64,000 nucleotides of DNA from Anaerohalosphaeraceae bacterium. Lineage in GTDB: Bacteria; Planctomycetota; Phycisphaerae; Sedimentisphaerales; Anaerohalosphaeraceae. Within the stretch, counting starts at the first letter, position 1, and the number at the start of each line of letters is the position of its first letter. This document shows positions 60,933 through 64,000 of the stretch, in pieces. The stretch spans positions 448,001 through 512,000 of the forward strand of contig CAXXSL010000013.1 of the NCBI GenBank assembly GCA_963675525.2, in the 5' to 3' direction. The notes beneath the pieces were generated by a model. The model saw only the letters and a program-made list of their open reading frames with translations, did not search any database and was not told where the DNA came from. A program made the position numbers and the translations under genes.

Positions 60933-61032
60933 GTCGACCCTGTGTTTTCTCGCCCGGCTTTTCATTGGGATAACCGCCGGAGCAGAGAGGCTAACTATAG
61001 TAATATTAAGAACTTGTGTTTTTGGAGTCCCC

Positions 61033-61593
61033 ATGAAAGTCTCAGACATGAAAAAAGGTCAGACCATCACCATTGACGGCATTTTATTTGTGATCGTCGA
61101 TTATCAACACGTCAAGCTGGGCAAAGGCGGTGCGGTCTATCAAACAAAGCTACGTAACCTGATCGACGGCGGCATCCGGGACATCCGGTTCCGGGCCGAA
61201 GAAAACGTCGATGAGGCCTATCTCGATAAGCGCAATTTTGAGTATCTGTATTCGGCCGGCACCGAGCATGTATTTATGGACCTGGAAACGTATGACCAGA
61301 TCACGCTGGACGATGATGGGTTCGGCGACGGGGCGCTGTACCTGCTGCCCAATACGAAACTGCAGATCAGCATGTACGATGAAAGACCGGTCGTGGTGAC
61401 GCTGCCCAATACCGTTGATCTGGAAGTAACCGACACGGCTCCGGAGATAAAAGGCGCCACGGCCACCAATCAGTACAAATCGGCCACGATGGAAACCGGG
61501 CTGACGGTGCAGGTTCCGCCCTTTATCAAGATCGGCGAAAAACTCCGCATCGATACCCGCACCGGTGAATATGTCACCCGCGTGAAGGACTAA
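61033..61593 (+). CDS. efp: Elongation factor P
   Basis: HVKLGKGGA; YLY; FMDLETYDQ; KGATAT..KSATMETG..VPPFIKIGE..IDTRTGEYVTR; start after GGAG. Confidence 0.96.
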   Translation: MKVSDMKKGQTITIDGILFVIVDYQHVKLGKGGAVYQTKLRNLIDGGIRDIRFRAEENVDEAYLDKRNFEYLYSAGTEHVFMDLETYDQITLDDDGFGDGALYLLPNTKLQISMYDERPVVVTLPNTVDLEVTDTAPEIKGATATNQYKSATMETGLTVQVPPFIKIGEKLRIDTRTGEYVTRVKD

Positions 61594-61610
61594 ATTCGCA
61601 TTGAATCCAT

Positions 61611-61642
61611 ACGCCGGGGCGCGATTGCGTCCCGGCGTTTTT
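61611..61642 (+). terminator. Intrinsic terminator after efp
   Basis: ACGCCGGGGCGC-GATT-GCGTCCCGGCGT-TTTT. Confidence 0.8.
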
Positions 61643-61673
61643 ACAAAAAAAGGTGGAGCCAAGTGCAAAATAG

Positions 61674-63059
61674 ATGGACGTAAACGTAACAACAAAAAAA
61701 TATTGTTATCCGTTTCTCCTCGCGATGCTTTTCGTGATTTCTTTTTTTGCTGTTCGTGTGCCTTTGTTGCGAGAACCTTTCGGGCTTGAAGAAGGAATAT
61801 TTGCCGAGTTGATCGTAAATCGCCCTTCCGGCCCCCAATACGCTCTGGCCGGTCGAATCGATGGAGAAAAAATATATGAGTATATTTCTCATCCTGCTGC
61901 ACCCTATGAATTACTGAGGCTGGGAGGTTATCTCTCGCAAAAAATTCTGACATATAACGTCTACCTGGATGATTCATCAATCACCCCAAGATTAAGATTA
62001 ATATGTTCTTTGTATCAATTCATCTTCTGGGGCACCCTGCTTTTACTTGTGTTTTTTAAACGAAAACTTTATGGCAAATGGCCCATTCTCCTGATCTTTG
62101 CGGTCATGCTATCTCCTCTGTCCATAAAAACATCCGTCCATTTGCAGATCGACAACACATCGGGGGTGATCCTATGCGGAGCAGCTGCGCTTTTATTCAC
62201 CATGGCAGGGCAAATAAATGTTTCGGATCAAAAGAAACTACTGCTGCTTTTCGCCGGGGGTTTCATTGCCGGCCTGGGAAAACAAGAGTGGTCCTTTGCA
62301 TTACTGATCGCAACAATCGTTACAGTTCTATTAGGTCTTTTTAAGAAATCAAATGCAGATAGAAAACTTTCAACTTTGAAATTTATCGCACTCGGTGTTG
62401 TCGGAGGATTGATTGCCGGAAATCTGGCCAGTTATTCATATGACTCGACAAACTACACAAAGGGATTTCACATTCTATATCGGCATGTAAATATTTATGA
62501 AGATTCATCTCCCGGATGGGCGTTAGTATCGTGGTTGGCATTAATGAAGAATCGGCTTCCTTTTGTCACGATCTGTCTCATGCTTCTGTTTGTTATCTTT
62601 CTCTCACTGTTTACGAACAAAAAGCGAAACTTTCTATATCATTTGGTTCTGTTCTATGGTGTCTTTCTATTTGTGGGTTATATTCTTTCCGACTGGCACA
62701 GCCAGCCACGGTATTATTGTCCTTCCCTGGCTGTCTTAGCCGTTTCCGCAATTACGATGACCTCACACCCCTTGCCGCGATGGTATCGCAGAACACTGTT
62801 TTGGGGAAGTCTGCTCGTTTTCTTTTCGACGGTCGTTTTTACAATCGGCTATGCCCCGGATCGAAATCTGGATTTAGAATACATCAACAGTGGACAGGTT
62901 AAATCGTCATCCGGTACAGTATTGTACATTAGAAGCGGCGCCGGTTGGAATAAGCCTGAAATTGATTATATGAATAATAATACTCCATATGAGCTCAGAA
63001 AAGAAAACGTCAAGGAGAAGTTTGGAAAAAGACTGATCAAGCCTACTCTGCAGAATTAA
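61674..63059 (+). CDS. Polytopic membrane protein, probable GT-C fold glycosyltransferase
   Basis: About 11 TM helices; acidic EE after TM1; GLGK and PRYY motifs. Confidence 0.6.
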   Translation: MDVNVTTKKYCYPFLLAMLFVISFFAVRVPLLREPFGLEEGIFAELIVNRPSGPQYALAGRIDGEKIYEYISHPAAPYELLRLGGYLSQKILTYNVYLDDSSITPRLRLICSLYQFIFWGTLLLLVFFKRKLYGKWPILLIFAVMLSPLSIKTSVHLQIDNTSGVILCGAAALLFTMAGQINVSDQKKLLLLFAGGFIAGLGKQEWSFALLIATIVTVLLGLFKKSNADRKLSTLKFIALGVVGGLIAGNLASYSYDSTNYTKGFHILYRHVNIYEDSSPGWALVSWLALMKNRLPFVTICLMLLFVIFLSLFTNKKRNFLYHLVLFYGVFLFVGYILSDWHSQPRYYCPSLAVLAVSAITMTSHPLPRWYRRTLFWGSLLVFFSTVVFTIGYAPDRNLDLEYINSGQVKSSSGTVLYIRSGAGWNKPEIDYMNNNTPYELRKENVKEKFGKRLIKPTLQN

Positions 63060-63109
63060 CATCTGCTTATAACGGAAATAATATATCAAAGAAACCAGAA
63101 TGAGGTTTT

Positions 63110-64000
63110 ATGGAAAATCGCAGTATATTAAAAGCAATGACGCCCTCAAGTGCGAGCTGCCTGTGGTATTCCGTTATAATTATTGCAGCAGCATGCGTGC
63201 TCTATTCAGGTGTTTTTTGGATAACTGCGCACCCTTACAGCTTCGGGTGGGATGAAGCCTATTACGTAAACCATGCGGTTCGAGACTACCACGCTTTTAA
63301 AAGCCACAATATCAGAACGTTCGGCAACAGTCTGTTTTTTGGTGCCCGAGACAGACCCTTTGCGAATCGTCTGCTTGCGCTGCCTTTTAGCCTTGTTTTT
63401 GGGCCGGATATCCCAGCGCTGCGAATGTCTTCATTTGTCTGCTTCTTTGCCGCTGCCTTTTTTATTTACCTGACAGGGAAACGACTACTCAATTTTCAGG
63501 CAGGTTTGATCGCCTCTCTCATCTTTTTGTTGAGTCCGGAGATACTCGCGTCCAGCGTCAGGCTCTACGCAGAAGCCAGCTTGTACCTTGCCATTGCAAG
63601 TCTGCTTTATTTTCTGCTGAGATTCCTCCATGAACCCCGCCCGTCTACTTATACATGGCTTGGGCTGGGCATTTCTATAGGTTTTGGGCTTCTTTCCAAA
63701 CTATCTTTTGCTTTAATGGCAGCCCCATTATGTGTCCTTTTTATCATTAAACCATGGAATGGAAAATCCAGAGAAATGATGTTCTTTTTCCTAAAAGTCG
63801 GCCTTGTCGCGACAGCCATTGCCGGCCTCTGGTGGTTCAAAAACTACTCGTATGCCATGCACCACATGAAAGCGGCGGGAAATTATACTCCGGCTTCTCT
63901 GGGCCCACTGGGGCCGTCACTTGTTTTCAAATATTGCTTTGTGCTTATCAAGAATGTCGTGGGATATTTTTCCGCAATTGTTTTCTGTTTCGCCATCGGG
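63110..64000 (+). CDS. Partial ArnT/PMT (GT39/GT83-like) glycosyltransferase; runs off the right edge
   Basis: Manually read from ATG 63110 after GAGG: ...SFGWDEAYY...DRPF...FGP...ALR...LGISIGFGLLSK. Confidence 0.8.
   Translation, partial: MENRSILKAMTPSSASCLWYSVIIIAAACVLYSGVFWITAHPYSFGWDEAYYVNHAVRDYHAFKSHNIRTFGNSLFFGARDRPFANRLLALPFSLVFGPDIPALRMSSFVCFFAAAFFIYLTGKRLLNFQAGLIASLIFLLSPEILASSVRLYAEASLYLAIASLLYFLLRFLHEPRPSTYTWLGLGISIGFGLLSKLSFALMAAPLCVLFIIKPWNGKSREMMFFFLKVGLVATAIAGLWWFKNYSYAMHHMKAAGNYTPASLGPLGPSLVFKYCFVLIKNVVGYFSAIVFCFAIG

Noticed and set aside
60850..61032. N-terminal extension of EF-P; similar extensions for TnpA, GreA and RsgA
   Set aside because: ORF-caller upstream starts; RBS position and family length support the downstream ATGs

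Overview
This is a bacterial chromosomal window. The gene content and repeat families suggest Planctomycetota (Phycisphaerae-like), which is an inference. From 1 to 26.8 kb there is a relatively AT-rich, divergently arranged flagellar cluster. Its left arm is flgD-E-(PilZ-like)-F-G-A-H-I-J-N-K-L. Its right arm has two sigma54 activators, TPR proteins, fliL/M/N, flhA, fliA, lipoproteins and flgM, with clear sigma54 and sigma28 promoters. From 27 to 34 kb is an L-arabinose operon (araBDA plus an SSS symporter) with a divergent XylR/AraC regulator, followed by tRNA-Val(TAC) and tRNA-Ala(CGC). From 34.6 to 64 kb, housekeeping genes (CANSDH, greA, dsbD, rsgA, GH130, addB/addA, efp, GT-C glycosyltransferases) are interleaved with small AT-rich orphan genes and several families of palindromic repeats. 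The most notable signal is a solo HUH/Y1 (RAYT-like) transposase bracketed by inverted copies of a ~90-97 nt three-hairpin element. Seven covarying copies of this element occur in the window, some directly abutting the stop codons of orphan genes (cassette-like) and one pair forming an empty inverted doublet. Other palindromes are inserted in-frame inside addA and addB, and a composite direct repeat brackets rsgA. flgE, addB and addA each carry a single +1 frameshift, most likely sequencing or assembly error.
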